Shown here: piece by piece, positions 1 to 9,943 of the stretch | Position numbering within the stretch: the stretch's first letter is position 1 | Layout: each line of letters starts with the position of its first letter | DNA from: Fimbriimonadia bacterium | Lineage (GTDB): Bacteria > Armatimonadota > Fimbriimonadia > Fimbriimonadales > JABRVX01 | Reading direction: 5' to 3' | DNA: 64,000 bases | Assembly: GCA_041483895.1 (NCBI GenBank) | Contig: JBGPGO010000005.1 | Span: 96,001 to 160,000, forward strand | Program-made: the position numbers and the translations under genes | The notes under the pieces: generated by a model | What the model saw: the letters and a program-made list of their open reading frames with translations, nothing else | Database searches by the model: none | What the model was told of the DNA's origin: nothing

Positions 1-1
1 G

Positions 2-130
2 GACCTCAACTGGGTGTTCCTGACGTTCGCCGGACCTGGACCGCTGGGGGATCTCGATGAAGATGGTATGGTCACCCTCACCGATTTGAACACTGTTCTG
101 GTCTTGTTTGGCACTGTGGGGGACGAATAG
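2..130 (+). CDS. 3' end of a protein with a dockerin-like C-terminal domain (partial)
   Basis: Frame 2 reads DLNWVFLTFAGPGPLGDLDEDGMVTLTDLNTVLVLFGTVGDE*, matching the C-termini of 3815-6265, 6267-8687, 54444-54905 and 55142-58060. Confidence 0.8.
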   Translation, partial: DLNWVFLTFAGPGPLGDLDEDGMVTLTDLNTVLVLFGTVGDE

Positions 131-325
131 TACACCTTCGGTCCGTGCAATCTCGCAACAACAATCACTGAACGGTCGTCCGAGACTGAATTGCATCACG
201 AACCACGCTCGTAATGCCGATATTCACCTCCACCCCGATGTATCCAGATGGAGGCATAGGCCCAAGGCATCGCCAAAGCCAATTCCAGACACATTTCTCG
301 ATTAAATAGGCCCTTCGTCTTAACA

Positions 326-357
326 CACTTGACAATATGACACTCAAGTGCCATGAT
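326..357 (+). promoter_or_regulatory. sigma70 promoter of dnaK overlapped by a HAIR (HspR operator)
   Basis: TTGACA 329-334, 17 nt, CATGAT 352-357; CTTGACA-N7-ACTCAAG at 328-348 vs HAIR consensus CTTGAGT-N7-ACTCAAG; hspR lies downstream. Confidence 0.85.
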
Positions 358-405
358 ATACGTACACTAATATGAGCCGCAAAGAAGAGGCTCGGAGGTT
401 TTCGT

Positions 406-2310
406 ATGGGCAAAGCAGTTGGAATCGACCTCGGCACCACAAATTCGGTCGTCGCGGTCATGGAAGGGGGAGACCCCACAGTCATCAGCACGGCGGAAGG
501 CGGGCGATTGACCCCGTCCGTTGTCGGTTTTAAGAAGAACGGGGAGCGGCTCGTCGGCGTCACCGCCAAGCGCCAGGCGGTCGTGAACCCGGAAAACACG
601 GTCTATTCCGCCAAGCGCTTTATCGGCCGGCGACTGGACGAGGTGCCGGACGAGAGCAAGATCGTTCCCTTTAAGGTCAAGAAAGACAAGAAGGGCATGG
701 CGGTGTTCGAGATCCCGGCTGTGGAGAAAGAGTTCGGCCCGGTCGAGATTTCGGCCATGATTCTTGGCAAGCTGAAGGCTGACGCGGAGGCCTATCTCGG
801 CTCAACGGTCACGGAGGCCGTCATCACGGTCCCAGCCTATTTCAACGACGCGCAGCGCACCGCCACGAAGCAGGCCGGCGAGGTCGCGGGGCTCAAGGTG
901 CTCCGAATCATCAACGAGCCGACCGCGGCGGCGCTCGCATACGGTCTTGATAAAAAGGGCAACGAGACGGTCTTGGTTTTCGACCTTGGCGGCGGAACGT
1001 TCGACGTCTCCATTTTGGACGTTGGCGAGGGGGTTTTCGAAGTCAAATCGACCGCAGGAGACTCGCACCTTGGTGGCGACGACTATGACGACCGAATCGT
1101 GCAGCATGTGGTCAAGGAGTTCAAGAAAGACAGCGGCGTGGACCTGCTGCAGCAGGCGGACGCATTGCAGCGCGTTCGCGAGGCGGCGGAGAAGGCCAAG
1201 ATCGAGCTGTCCAGCCAAGTGACGACCAATATCAGCTTGCCCTACATCACCGCGATCGACAACCAGCCGAAGCACTTGGAAATGACGTTGACGCGGGCGC
1301 AGTTCGAGGGCCTCTGCAAAGACCTGATGGACCGGGTGAAGAAGCCGTTCTTCCAGGCGCTGGAGGACGCGAAGCTGAAGCCGTCAGATATCAATGAAGT
1401 GATCCTGGTCGGTGGTTCGACACGCATGCCGATGGTGCAGGAATTGGTCCGCGAGCTCGGCGGCAAAGAGCCGAACAAGAGCGTCAATCCCGACGAAGTG
1501 GTTGCGCTCGGCGCGGCGATCCAGGCGGGTGTCCTAAGCGGCGACGTGAAGGGCATCGTCTTGCTGGACGTGACTCCACTCTCCCTCGGCGTCGAGACGT
1601 TGGGCGGAATCACGGACATCCTGATCGAGCGCAACACAACCATCCCGACGAAGAAGCAGCGGACCTACACGACCGCACAGGACGGACAGACCGAGGTCGA
1701 GATCCATGTCCTGCAAGGGGAGCGCACGCGGGCATCCGACAACAAGTCGCTGGGCCACTTCCGATTGGCCGGCATTCCTCCCGCGCCGCGCAACGTCCCG
1801 CAGATCGAAGTGACGTTCGACATCGACGCGAACGGGATTCTGAATGTGACGGCAAAGGATACCGCCACGCAAAAGCAGCAGGCGATCACCATAACCGGCG
1901 CCGGAAGCCTCAACAAAGAGGAGATCGAGCGCATGGTGAAAGAGTCCGAGCAGTTCGCGGATGCGGACAATGAGCTGCGCGAAAACGCTGAGGTCTACAA
2001 CAAGGCCGACGCCTTGACCTACAACGTCGAAAAGACGCTGGGTGATCTCGGCGACAAAGTGAGCGAGTCGGAAAAGAACGAGTTGATGGACAAGGTCGTG
2101 GGACTGCGAAAATCAGTCCAGGAGCAGGACATTGAAACGGTCAAGCTGCAGCACAAAGAGCTGGAGCAAGAGTTCTTCAAGCTGTCCGAGCAACTGTACA
2201 AGAACGCGGGCGAAACCGAGTCCGAAGAACCGCGGGAGACCGCGGGCACGGCGGCAGGCACTGGATCGGGTAACGACGACGTCATTGACGCCGAATTCAA
2301 ACAGGAATAA
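406..2310 (+). CDS. dnaK: Chaperone DnaK (Hsp70)
   Basis: [32 protein letters not shown] motifs; GGAGG RBS. Confidence 0.99.
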   Translation: MGKAVGIDLGTTNSVVAVMEGGDPTVISTAEGGRLTPSVVGFKKNGERLVGVTAKRQAVVNPENTVYSAKRFIGRRLDEVPDESKIVPFKVKKDKKGMAVFEIPAVEKEFGPVEISAMILGKLKADAEAYLGSTVTEAVITVPAYFNDAQRTATKQAGEVAGLKVLRIINEPTAAALAYGLDKKGNETVLVFDLGGGTFDVSILDVGEGVFEVKSTAGDSHLGGDDYDDRIVQHVVKEFKKDSGVDLLQQADALQRVREAAEKAKIELSSQVTTNISLPYITAIDNQPKHLEMTLTRAQFEGLCKDLMDRVKKPFFQALEDAKLKPSDINEVILVGGSTRMPMVQELVRELGGKEPNKSVNPDEVVALGAAIQAGVLSGDVKGIVLLDVTPLSLGVETLGGITDILIERNTTIPTKKQRTYTTAQDGQTEVEIHVLQGERTRASDNKSLGHFRLAGIPPAPRNVPQIEVTFDIDANGILNVTAKDTATQKQQAITITGAGSLNKEEIERMVKESEQFADADNELRENAEVYNKADALTYNVEKTLGDLGDKVSESEKNELMDKVVGLRKSVQEQDIETVKLQHKELEQEFFKLSEQLYKNAGETESEEPRETAGTAAGTGSGNDDVIDAEFKQE

Positions 2311-2317
2311 ATCCATT

Positions 2318-2387
2318 CTCTAACCCTCCCCCGCTCGCGGGGGAGGGTTAGAGCCTGCGCTGAGCTTGTCGAAGGGGTGGGGGTTCT
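2318..2387. repeat. GC-rich palindromic element (CCCTCCCCCGC-nn-GCGGGGGAGGG...GGTGGGGG); may also act as terminator
   Basis: 17-bp perfect arms 2318-2334/2337-2353; same core as the element inside ffh at 25990-26027. Confidence 0.8.
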
Positions 2388-2393
2388 GAGGAC

Positions 2394-2482
2394 CTTCACA
2401 GTGCGACTGTGAAGGGATAGGGAATATTTCATTGACGATCGCAACGTCATGAACAACATCCCTTCACAGTCGCACTGTGAAG
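2394..2482. repeat. REPIN-like doublet of inverted palindromes
   Basis: CTTCACAGTGCGACTGTGAAGGGAT (2394-2418) and its exact reverse complement (2458-2482); each unit is itself a hairpin. Confidence 0.8.
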
Positions 2483-2496
2483 AGGCAAACATCAAA

Positions 2497-3375
2497 ATGC
2501 CGACAAAAGACTACTACAAGATCCTAGGCGTCGAAAAGGGCGCAAACGAGAAAGACATCAAGGCGGCCTATCGAAAAAAGGCGCGCCAGTGGCACCCGGA
2601 TGTCAACCCCGGCAATAACGAGGCCGAGGAGCGCTTCAAGGAGATCAGCGAAGCGTACGAGGTGCTCTCGGATGATAAGAAACGTCGGCAATACGATATG
2701 TTCGGCACAGTGGGTCAGGGCGGCGGCCCCAATTTCCAGGAGGGCTTCCAGACAATTCATTTCGACCTGAACGATATCTTCGGCAACTTCTTCGGCGGTG
2801 GCGGCGTTCAGACCGGCCCGCGAATGCACCCTCCGCAAAATCTCGAATACGAGATGGACATAACACTCGAAGAGGCGTTCGCCGGCGTCGAAAAGTCCCT
2901 CACGCTGGCGGTGGAGGAGTTGGGCGAGAACGGCACGCCGATGCAGACGACGCGCAAGGTGAAAGTGAAGATTCCGGCAGGGATCGGCGAAGGTCAGCGA
3001 GTGCGTGTGGCGGGCCAAGGCATCGCGGGTTCGTCCGGCCGGCGCGGCGATCTGATGGTCAACATCCATATCCTGCCGCACAAACGTTTTACGCGGGAAG
3101 GCGACAACCTAATTGTCAGCCTGCCCGTTTTTTTCACGGTCGCGGCGCTTGGCGGCAAAGCGGATGTCCCGACCCTAGGTAAATCGGTGAAGATGACGGT
3201 GCCTCCGGGCACCCAGACCGATCAGAAGTTTCGGCTCCGCGGAGAAGGCATGCCAAGAATTCGTGGCGGTGGGCGGGGAGATCTGTATGCCGTCGCGAAG
3301 ATCACGGTGCCGAAACAGATAAGTCCTAAACAGCGAGAGCTGTTGGCGCAGCTCGCCGATATGGGTGAGAAGTGA
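2497..3375 (+). CDS. dnaJ: DnaJ-class (CbpA-like) co-chaperone without zinc finger
   Basis: [12 protein letters not shown] motif, G/F region, DnaJ C-terminal domain; start set at MPTKDYY, downstream of the repeat. Confidence 0.92.
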   Translation: MPTKDYYKILGVEKGANEKDIKAAYRKKARQWHPDVNPGNNEAEERFKEISEAYEVLSDDKKRRQYDMFGTVGQGGGPNFQEGFQTIHFDLNDIFGNFFGGGGVQTGPRMHPPQNLEYEMDITLEEAFAGVEKSLTLAVEELGENGTPMQTTRKVKVKIPAGIGEGQRVRVAGQGIAGSSGRRGDLMVNIHILPHKRFTREGDNLIVSLPVFFTVAALGGKADVPTLGKSVKMTVPPGTQTDQKFRLRGEGMPRIRGGGRGDLYAVAKITVPKQISPKQRELLAQLADMGEK

Positions 3376-3767
3376 GACGCGACGAACCGGTCTATCCGAT
3401 GAGCGTTGCGGCTAAGCTGTGCGGCGTGCATCCGCAGACTTTGCGAATGTACGAGCGCGAGGGGCTGGTCAAGCCGGAGCGCGTTTCGGAGAAAAACCGC
3501 ATGTACAGCCAGGCCGATATCGACCGGGTGTTGCGCATCCAGCGGCTGACGCAGGCGCTCGGTGTCAACCTGGCGGGCGTGGAGATTATCTTGCGGTTGT
3601 TGGACGAGATGGCGGAGATGCAGCAGGATTTTGAGGAGCAGTTCATGGAATTGCAGCATGAGGTGGAGATCCGCTTCGCGGCGATCCTAAAGAACAGCAA
3701 GGCGCCGGTTCCTACAACCCGCAAGCCTCTTTTGCGGTTCCGCCGGGATCGCAAGATCGACATCTAG
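3372..3767 (+). CDS. hspR: MerR-family heat-shock repressor HspR
   Basis: [39 protein letters not shown] overlap with dnaJ; HAIR upstream. Confidence 0.9.
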   Translation: MRRDEPVYPMSVAAKLCGVHPQTLRMYEREGLVKPERVSEKNRMYSQADIDRVLRIQRLTQALGVNLAGVEIILRLLDEMAEMQQDFEEQFMELQHEVEIRFAAILKNSKAPVPTTRKPLLRFRRDRKIDI

Positions 3768-3814
3768 CACCACGACCAACCGAATCGCCGGATATGTCCG
3801 ATGCGTCCAAGGGC

Positions 3815-6265
3815 CTAATGGTCGCCCTTCGCGCCAAAGTTGACAAAAACGATGTTGAGGTCCTTCAGATCGACCGCGCCGCTCCGATCCAAATCGCCAT
3901 CCCCGACCCCACCAAATGCCATGAAGATCGCATTCATGTCCGCCACGCCGACCACGTTGTCGCCATTCGCATCGCCGTTGATCAGTGACACATTAACAAC
4001 CTGATCCCCGGCCCCCAGATCGACGCCAGGTACGGTCCGCCGCAACCAGCTGCCGGTCTGATAGGCGACATCGAGCGCCCGCGCCGGGGCGGCGGCGGTG
4101 TAGTTGCCGGCCGCATCAATCACGCAAGATTGGAATATGCCGGCGGCATCCCCCGGCTGACGAAAATCGAGCGACAAGAACTGTGGCGGCGGCCCGGCCA
4201 AATTCCCTAAGTCCAACTTGCCGCTCAACTTTCGTTGCCACAGCTCATATCGACTCACAGAATCATCGTTTACGCTGACCGTCGTTCCGTCGCTTAACGC
4301 ATATACCTCCAGCCCACCGATGGGACATACGGCAACCGGATTTCCGCCGGCATCCACTGCGAACGTCTTCAGATAATCATAAACGTTGAGAAAACCGTTC
4401 ACGTCGATGAACATGCCAGTGAAACCACCCGTCCTCTTCCAAAGTATTTGCCCGATCGGAGAATATGCAATAATTCCGTTGCTGCCGAGCGCGAATAGGC
4501 CGCCGTTCTTACCCCAAATCACTTTGTTGAGCGACCATCCCTCGCTATACCACTTATTTGACCCGTCAGGATTGAACACATAGGTGGTTCCCACGGCGTC
4601 TGATTGGGTTCCGCTGATGGTTGCCAATGCCACAGCACCATCCGATTGAAGATCGATACCTGCGATCCATCGGGTTGTAAATTCACGCTGCCATATCATG
4701 CTACCGTTGCCGTCAAGAACAATAATGCTGCCCGCGACAGCATTGCTACGGTTTGCGACCGTGTAAATTCTGCCGTTGTCGCCGAGCTTGATTTGCCGAA
4801 TGTTGCCGTCATAATAGGCCCAGAGGAGCCCAAAATCCGCGTTGACGCACAAGATTGACCCACTGAAGAGCAGCAAAATCGAACCGTCGACCCGAGGCAC
4901 CGCATCCCAGAACGATCCCATCAGAGTACCAACTGCTTGACCATGCTTATCGATGATCCGCAATCGATCCCAAGTGCATAGATATGCATTGCCCTTTGAA
5001 TCGAATTTGGGAGGATTTGCTGTATATCCTGAAGAATTGCGCCACAGTTCATTGCCATATTTGTCCAGGCGTACAAGGTAACTTCCAGTTGAGCTATATT
5101 CAATCATTCGGTAGATCGTGTCGTCAGGTGCAATTGTTCCATGAAAGCCAGTATCGCCATAGATCAACCATTTAATATCATACGTTAGACGGTGTACTGA
5201 GCCTTCTCGCACCACCGCACCGTCCGCGGTAAAGAGCGGCCAGTAGGCGTAAGCATCCCGAAGCAGCCTGCCATCAGGACGGAATATCTGTACGCCGGTG
5301 TGTACATAGCCCTCGGCCGTCACGCCTACCAAGTCTCCGTAACCGTCACAAGGAGTGCTCCACTTCACCGAACCGGAAGGATCAATGGCGTTGAGGAGGA
5401 CCGCATGAGGTGCTGGTCGGCTTGAAAGATAGATTGTGCCATCCGGTCCGATCACCACTTCGTCCGATGCACCAGGCAACTTGAAACGCCAATGAATGGC
5501 GCCGTCCTGCCCGTAGGCATTTAGATATCGATCCGATGTCGCAAAATAGATCGTTCCGTCGTCCCCAATGGCCGGTTGCATATAGGAGGTAAACAGGCCG
5601 TCCGACACCCTCCAAAGAAGCTTTCCGTCCGAATTGTGAACATCGTAATGGGCAAGGTTGTCCAAGTAGCCGTAACCGTATACCAGAATCTGCCCCGTTG
5701 AGCTGATGAGGATTCTTGGGTCATCCATTTCGCCAGGAACCGACCAGGCGAGCGCGCCGTTCGGACGAATCTTGTATAGCAGCGGAGAGGTGCTCCCACT
5801 TTCGCAGCCAAAGTAGATGTTCCCTTGGACATCGATCGCCGTATCGGAATAGCAGTTTTCCGCGGCATGAAATCTCCACTTTTCCGTGCCATCCGAATTT
5901 ATGGCTACCAAATAATCGCGAAACAATCCATATACCGTTCCGTCCGCCGCCACGGTCAAGCCGGAATTAAATTCGTTGCTTCCCAAACCGGTAAAGGTCC
6001 ATAGATGCTTGCCAGCGAGCGTGTATGCGTCAAGGCAGCTATCGTCATTGTTCGTGCCATATAGGTTCCCGTTGGCATCCAGGGCCAGTGGCTGGAAGTT
6101 CATGGGTAGCAAACCACATCGAAAATTCTTACCGGCAAACGACAATGGGCACAGTGCCGTGTTCTTGGCGTCGTGGCGGGACATCGGCCATGGACTGCCC
6201 GGCTGGGGCTGCGCAAAGGCCGACACGAGCCATGCGCAGAGCAGGCAGGTCGTGATTCGCTTCAA
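3815..6265 (-). CDS. Secreted PQQ-like beta-propeller protein with C-terminal dockerin-like domain
   Basis: Signal peptide, SPWPMSRHD, repeated DGTIY/DG-x-KW blades, C-terminal NGDANGDNVVGVAD...DLDRSGAVDLKDL. Confidence 0.85.
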   Translation of the reverse strand: MKRITTCLLCAWLVSAFAQPQPGSPWPMSRHDAKNTALCPLSFAGKNFRCGLLPMNFQPLALDANGNLYGTNNDDSCLDAYTLAGKHLWTFTGLGSNEFNSGLTVAADGTVYGLFRDYLVAINSDGTEKWRFHAAENCYSDTAIDVQGNIYFGCESGSTSPLLYKIRPNGALAWSVPGEMDDPRILISSTGQILVYGYGYLDNLAHYDVHNSDGKLLWRVSDGLFTSYMQPAIGDDGTIYFATSDRYLNAYGQDGAIHWRFKLPGASDEVVIGPDGTIYLSSRPAPHAVLLNAIDPSGSVKWSTPCDGYGDLVGVTAEGYVHTGVQIFRPDGRLLRDAYAYWPLFTADGAVVREGSVHRLTYDIKWLIYGDTGFHGTIAPDDTIYRMIEYSSTGSYLVRLDKYGNELWRNSSGYTANPPKFDSKGNAYLCTWDRLRIIDKHGQAVGTLMGSFWDAVPRVDGSILLLFSGSILCVNADFGLLWAYYDGNIRQIKLGDNGRIYTVANRSNAVAGSIIVLDGNGSMIWQREFTTRWIAGIDLQSDGAVALATISGTQSDAVGTTYVFNPDGSNKWYSEGWSLNKVIWGKNGGLFALGSNGIIAYSPIGQILWKRTGGFTGMFIDVNGFLNVYDYLKTFAVDAGGNPVAVCPIGGLEVYALSDGTTVSVNDDSVSRYELWQRKLSGKLDLGNLAGPPPQFLSLDFRQPGDAAGIFQSCVIDAAGNYTAAAPARALDVAYQTGSWLRRTVPGVDLGAGDQVVNVSLINGDANGDNVVGVADMNAIFMAFGGVGDGDLDRSGAVDLKDLNIVFVNFGAKGDH

Positions 6266-6266
6266 A

Positions 6267-8687
6267 TCAATCGTCTCCCATCACTCCATAGTTGGAGAAC
6301 ACGATATTCAAATCTCGAAGGTCGATGACGCCGCTTCGATCCAAGTCGCCCGGTCCCTGCCATCCAAACGCCACGAAGATCGCGTTCATGTCCGCCACAC
6401 CAACCACGTTGTCGCCATTCGCATCGCCGTTGATGAGTGACACATTGACAACCTGATCCCCGGCCTCAAGATTGACGTCGTGCGCCGTCCGCCGCAGCCA
6501 GCTGCCGGTCTGATAGGACACGTCCAATCCTCGCGCCGGAGCGGCGGCCGTATAGTTGCCGCCAGCATCGATGGGACATGACTGGAACAGACCTGCCGCC
6601 TCGCCGGGGGGTCGAAAATCGAGAGACAAGAACTGCGGCTGCGGTCCGGCCAGATTGCCTAAGTTCAGATTTCCATTTATGGCGCGTGGCCAAAACTCGA
6701 ACCGATACACCATCTCGTTTCCACTGGCAATAATGGAGCCGTCTGGAAGAGGGGTCATTTCGCCGCCGGCTTCTGTGCAAATGGCGACAAGTTTGCCGGC
6801 ATTGTCGAAAGCGAGCGTGCCTCCCAAAATTCCGACGACAGCGAGATTATTTCGATCGACCGTTAGTCCAAGGCACTCATCGGGCAACGACCAAGCGATG
6901 TGACCGTCAGCAGCATAGGCATTCATGCCAAGGTCCCCAGCCGCGAACAGATACCCATCGACTCCCCAAGCGACCCAGCTCATCGCATTTCCATTGCTGG
7001 TCCACTTTAGTCCGCCGTTGGAATCGAGTACGTATATGGATCCGGTTGATTGATATCCCGGCAGGTCAACAGCTGCGATGGCGATTGTTCCATCTGCCCG
7101 ATGCGCGAAGGCATTGAGCTTTTTTCTGGAAAACGTCTGATTCCAGAGCTTGCTGCCGTTGGAGGCGAGGGCGATTAATTCAGACCAACTGTTGTCTCCT
7201 GCAACATACCGATTCAAGAAAATGGTGCCGCCGGGTCTCAATTCCAGGTTTACGATGTACCCGTCATAGTAAGCCCAGAGTACTCTGAATTCCTCGTCAA
7301 CGGACAATATGGAACCGCTGAACAGAAGCAGTATGGAACCATCTGCACGCGGCAAGGCTTTATTGAATGAACCACTCAGTGATTTCTTAGGATTCCCATC
7401 TTGATCGAATACCTGTAAGTGGTCCGAGTAGCAGGCGAACACGTTGCCGTGTCCATCGACCGTTACTGCGCGACCTAAATTCGGTGTGAACTTCCTCCAC
7501 CGCTCCTGTCCCTCCCCATCGAAACGTAGGAGAAACTTGTCTCCATAATTCTGGCCGTACACCAAACGATAGACGCTACCGTCCGGACCAACCGTGGTAA
7601 GCAGCGCTAAGTCCGCATAGACACCAAAACGAACGAAACTGGTTTCCCTTTGGGCGGCGAATTGACCAATAAGAACGCCGTCACTTGTGAACATCGCAGT
7701 ATGCGCAAACGACCTGGGAAGGAACTTCCCTTTTGGTGAATAGACTTCCGTACTGATGTGAATGTTGCCTTCAGGCGTCATGGAAAGATCGCCGATAGGA
7801 TAGTAGCATGGCACTGCCCACAGCTCGTTTCCATTGATGTCTACCGCATGCAAGTAATAGGACTTAATGCTTAGCCCTACCGCGTCGGCTCCCAACACAT
7901 ATATCGTTCCGTCCGGACCGATTACGGGCGATTTCGTAGCCCCTTGGATCGCAGTCCTCCACTTTTCCTCGCCAGTGAGGGAAAGAGCAATCAACTGTTG
8001 ATCGTACGATGGAATGTAAATTGTGCTGTCATTTCCAATCGCCGGTCCACCGGACGCGCTGAAGCGATCATCGCGCGTCCAGAGTAGATTTCCGTCAGAA
8101 TCGTATGCGAGCAACGCCAACTGGTGTGCGATCAAGACTATTCCGGTCGGGCCAATTCGGACTACCGGCCCGTACCACGGTTCTGGCAACAACCGTGACC
8201 ACAGTAGCTCGCCGCTGGGAGAAATTTTGACAAGGTGACCATCGGCGCCATACGTTGCGAAATAGACGCTCCCGTCTTGGTTGATAGCGGAAGACCAAAC
8301 GACGTCATATTTGTCCGCAGTCGGCACTCTCCATTTCTCGGTCCCATCAGATCGTAGCGCAACCAGGGCTCCCTCGCATCCGGCGTAAACCGTCCCATCG
8401 GCGGCAACGGTGATTGACTGAGCACAAGCATTCGATGTCCACTTAATACTGCCATCCAGCCTCCATGCCGAATTAGACCCATACACAGTGGCGTCAGAGT
8501 CAATCGCAAGCGGGTAAAAATCCGGCGGGTAGGCGGCGATGCGGAAACTCGGACCCGCAAAGGCGAGGGGGCAGATGCCGGTGTTCTTGGCGTCGTGGCG
8601 GGACATCGGCCATGGACTGCCCGGCTGCGGTTGGGCTAGCGCAACGGCGGTGAGGAGAAGCGCGGTGAGGAAACCGTAGTGCTTCAT
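6267..8687 (-). CDS. Secreted PQQ-like beta-propeller protein with C-terminal dockerin-like domain (tandem paralog)
   Basis: Same architecture as 3815-6265; TATACT 7 nt upstream of ATG. Confidence 0.85.
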   Translation of the reverse strand: MKHYGFLTALLLTAVALAQPQPGSPWPMSRHDAKNTGICPLAFAGPSFRIAAYPPDFYPLAIDSDATVYGSNSAWRLDGSIKWTSNACAQSITVAADGTVYAGCEGALVALRSDGTEKWRVPTADKYDVVWSSAINQDGSVYFATYGADGHLVKISPSGELLWSRLLPEPWYGPVVRIGPTGIVLIAHQLALLAYDSDGNLLWTRDDRFSASGGPAIGNDSTIYIPSYDQQLIALSLTGEEKWRTAIQGATKSPVIGPDGTIYVLGADAVGLSIKSYYLHAVDINGNELWAVPCYYPIGDLSMTPEGNIHISTEVYSPKGKFLPRSFAHTAMFTSDGVLIGQFAAQRETSFVRFGVYADLALLTTVGPDGSVYRLVYGQNYGDKFLLRFDGEGQERWRKFTPNLGRAVTVDGHGNVFACYSDHLQVFDQDGNPKKSLSGSFNKALPRADGSILLLFSGSILSVDEEFRVLWAYYDGYIVNLELRPGGTIFLNRYVAGDNSWSELIALASNGSKLWNQTFSRKKLNAFAHRADGTIAIAAVDLPGYQSTGSIYVLDSNGGLKWTSNGNAMSWVAWGVDGYLFAAGDLGMNAYAADGHIAWSLPDECLGLTVDRNNLAVVGILGGTLAFDNAGKLVAICTEAGGEMTPLPDGSIIASGNEMVYRFEFWPRAINGNLNLGNLAGPQPQFLSLDFRPPGEAAGLFQSCPIDAGGNYTAAAPARGLDVSYQTGSWLRRTAHDVNLEAGDQVVNVSLINGDANGDNVVGVADMNAIFVAFGWQGPGDLDRSGVIDLRDLNIVFSNYGVMGDD

Positions 8688-8800
8688 ACAGGTAAGTATA
8701 TCACGTTTGGGAAGTTACCGCGCGCGACCGTTTGGGTCAACGCCATCCCCGTCCAATCGGCCTGCGGGGTCGCGGATACGGAATCGTCCATAATATGCGC

Positions 8801-9943
8801 GTGAACGATTTTCTTGCAATCAGGGAGCAGATACCGACCCTCAAAGACCTCACTTTCCTGGTCAGCGCCTCCTTTGGCCCACTCTCGAACCCATCGCGGT
8901 GGGCGCTGAGGCAGTACATGGACGACTGGGAGGAATACATCCTGCGTGGCCTATGGCAAGAAATCTACACACGGGTCAGCGACAAAATCGCCCGCGTCAT
9001 CGACGCGGAGTCGAACACTATTTCCCTGCACCAAAACAGCACCATGGCCGCCGCCGTCGCCATGTCCTGCTACGAATTCACGCCACAGCGAAACAAAATC
9101 GTGATGACAGAGCATGACTTCACATCCTTCGCCTACACTTGCCTCCAGCACGAACGTTGCGGCGCGCGGCTGTGTATCATCCCGTCGCGAAACGGATTCA
9201 GCATCGATCAAGATGAGTTGCTCGACGCGATCGACGACGAGACGCTGTTCGTAGCCGTATCCCACGCATTTTTCCGCTCCGGTTACATGATCGATGCCGC
9301 AAGCGTGTGCGAAAAGGCGAGAAGAGTGGGCGCGAAGGTGATCTTAGATGTGTATCAGTCCGCCGGCGCAGTGCCCTTGCAAACCAAAGAGTGGGGCGCA
9401 GATTTTGTAGTCGGCGGAATGGCCAAATGGCTGTTCGGCGGCGAAGGAGTCGGCTACCTCTACGTCCGTCCCGATCTCGCGACGCAAATCGTTCCGAAGC
9501 TGACCGGCTGGCGCGCGCACAAGCGTGGCTGGGAGTTCGACATCTACCATTTCGAACCCGCCGAAGCCCCAACGCGATTCATGAGCAGCTCCTGGAACGT
9601 CGCGGGAACGTACGCCTGCGAGCCGCCACTAGACGTGATTCTTGGCATCGGATTGGATCGAATTCGTGAGAATTCTTTGCGCCAGACCGACCATATCATC
9701 GTAGAGGCCGATCGCCGAGGATGGCCGCTGCGGGGTTCCCGCAATCACGCAACCCGCGCCGGTTTCGTCACCCTCGACATTCCGTACGGACGAGAGTTGG
9801 AAAGCGCGCTGTGCGATGAGAAGATCCTCGTGGACTATCGCGCGGGTGGTGGGATACGAATCTCGCCGCATCTGTTCAACACTATGGAAGATATCGACAC
9901 CTTTTTCGTCGCCGCCGACGCTTGGCTTGGTGCGGCGGTATGA
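8801..9943 (+). CDS. Class V PLP-dependent aminotransferase, kynureninase-like (paralog 1)
   Basis: DVYQSAG, GGMAKWL (PLP Lys), IRISPHLFNT; GTG start chosen by alignment to the paralog. Confidence 0.85.
   Translation: MNDFLAIREQIPTLKDLTFLVSASFGPLSNPSRWALRQYMDDWEEYILRGLWQEIYTRVSDKIARVIDAESNTISLHQNSTMAAAVAMSCYEFTPQRNKIVMTEHDFTSFAYTCLQHERCGARLCIIPSRNGFSIDQDELLDAIDDETLFVAVSHAFFRSGYMIDAASVCEKARRVGAKVILDVYQSAGAVPLQTKEWGADFVVGGMAKWLFGGEGVGYLYVRPDLATQIVPKLTGWRAHKRGWEFDIYHFEPAEAPTRFMSSSWNVAGTYACEPPLDVILGIGLDRIRENSLRQTDHIIVEADRRGWPLRGSRNHATRAGFVTLDIPYGRELESALCDEKILVDYRAGGGIRISPHLFNTMEDIDTFFVAADAWLGAAV

Noticed and set aside
165..2495. Long minus-strand ORFs opposite dnaK
   Set aside because: Antisense shadows typical of GC-rich hsp70 genes; no independent motifs
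3785..3812. GTCCGATGCGTCC after hspR as a repeat
   Set aside because: Too short and single-copy in the window
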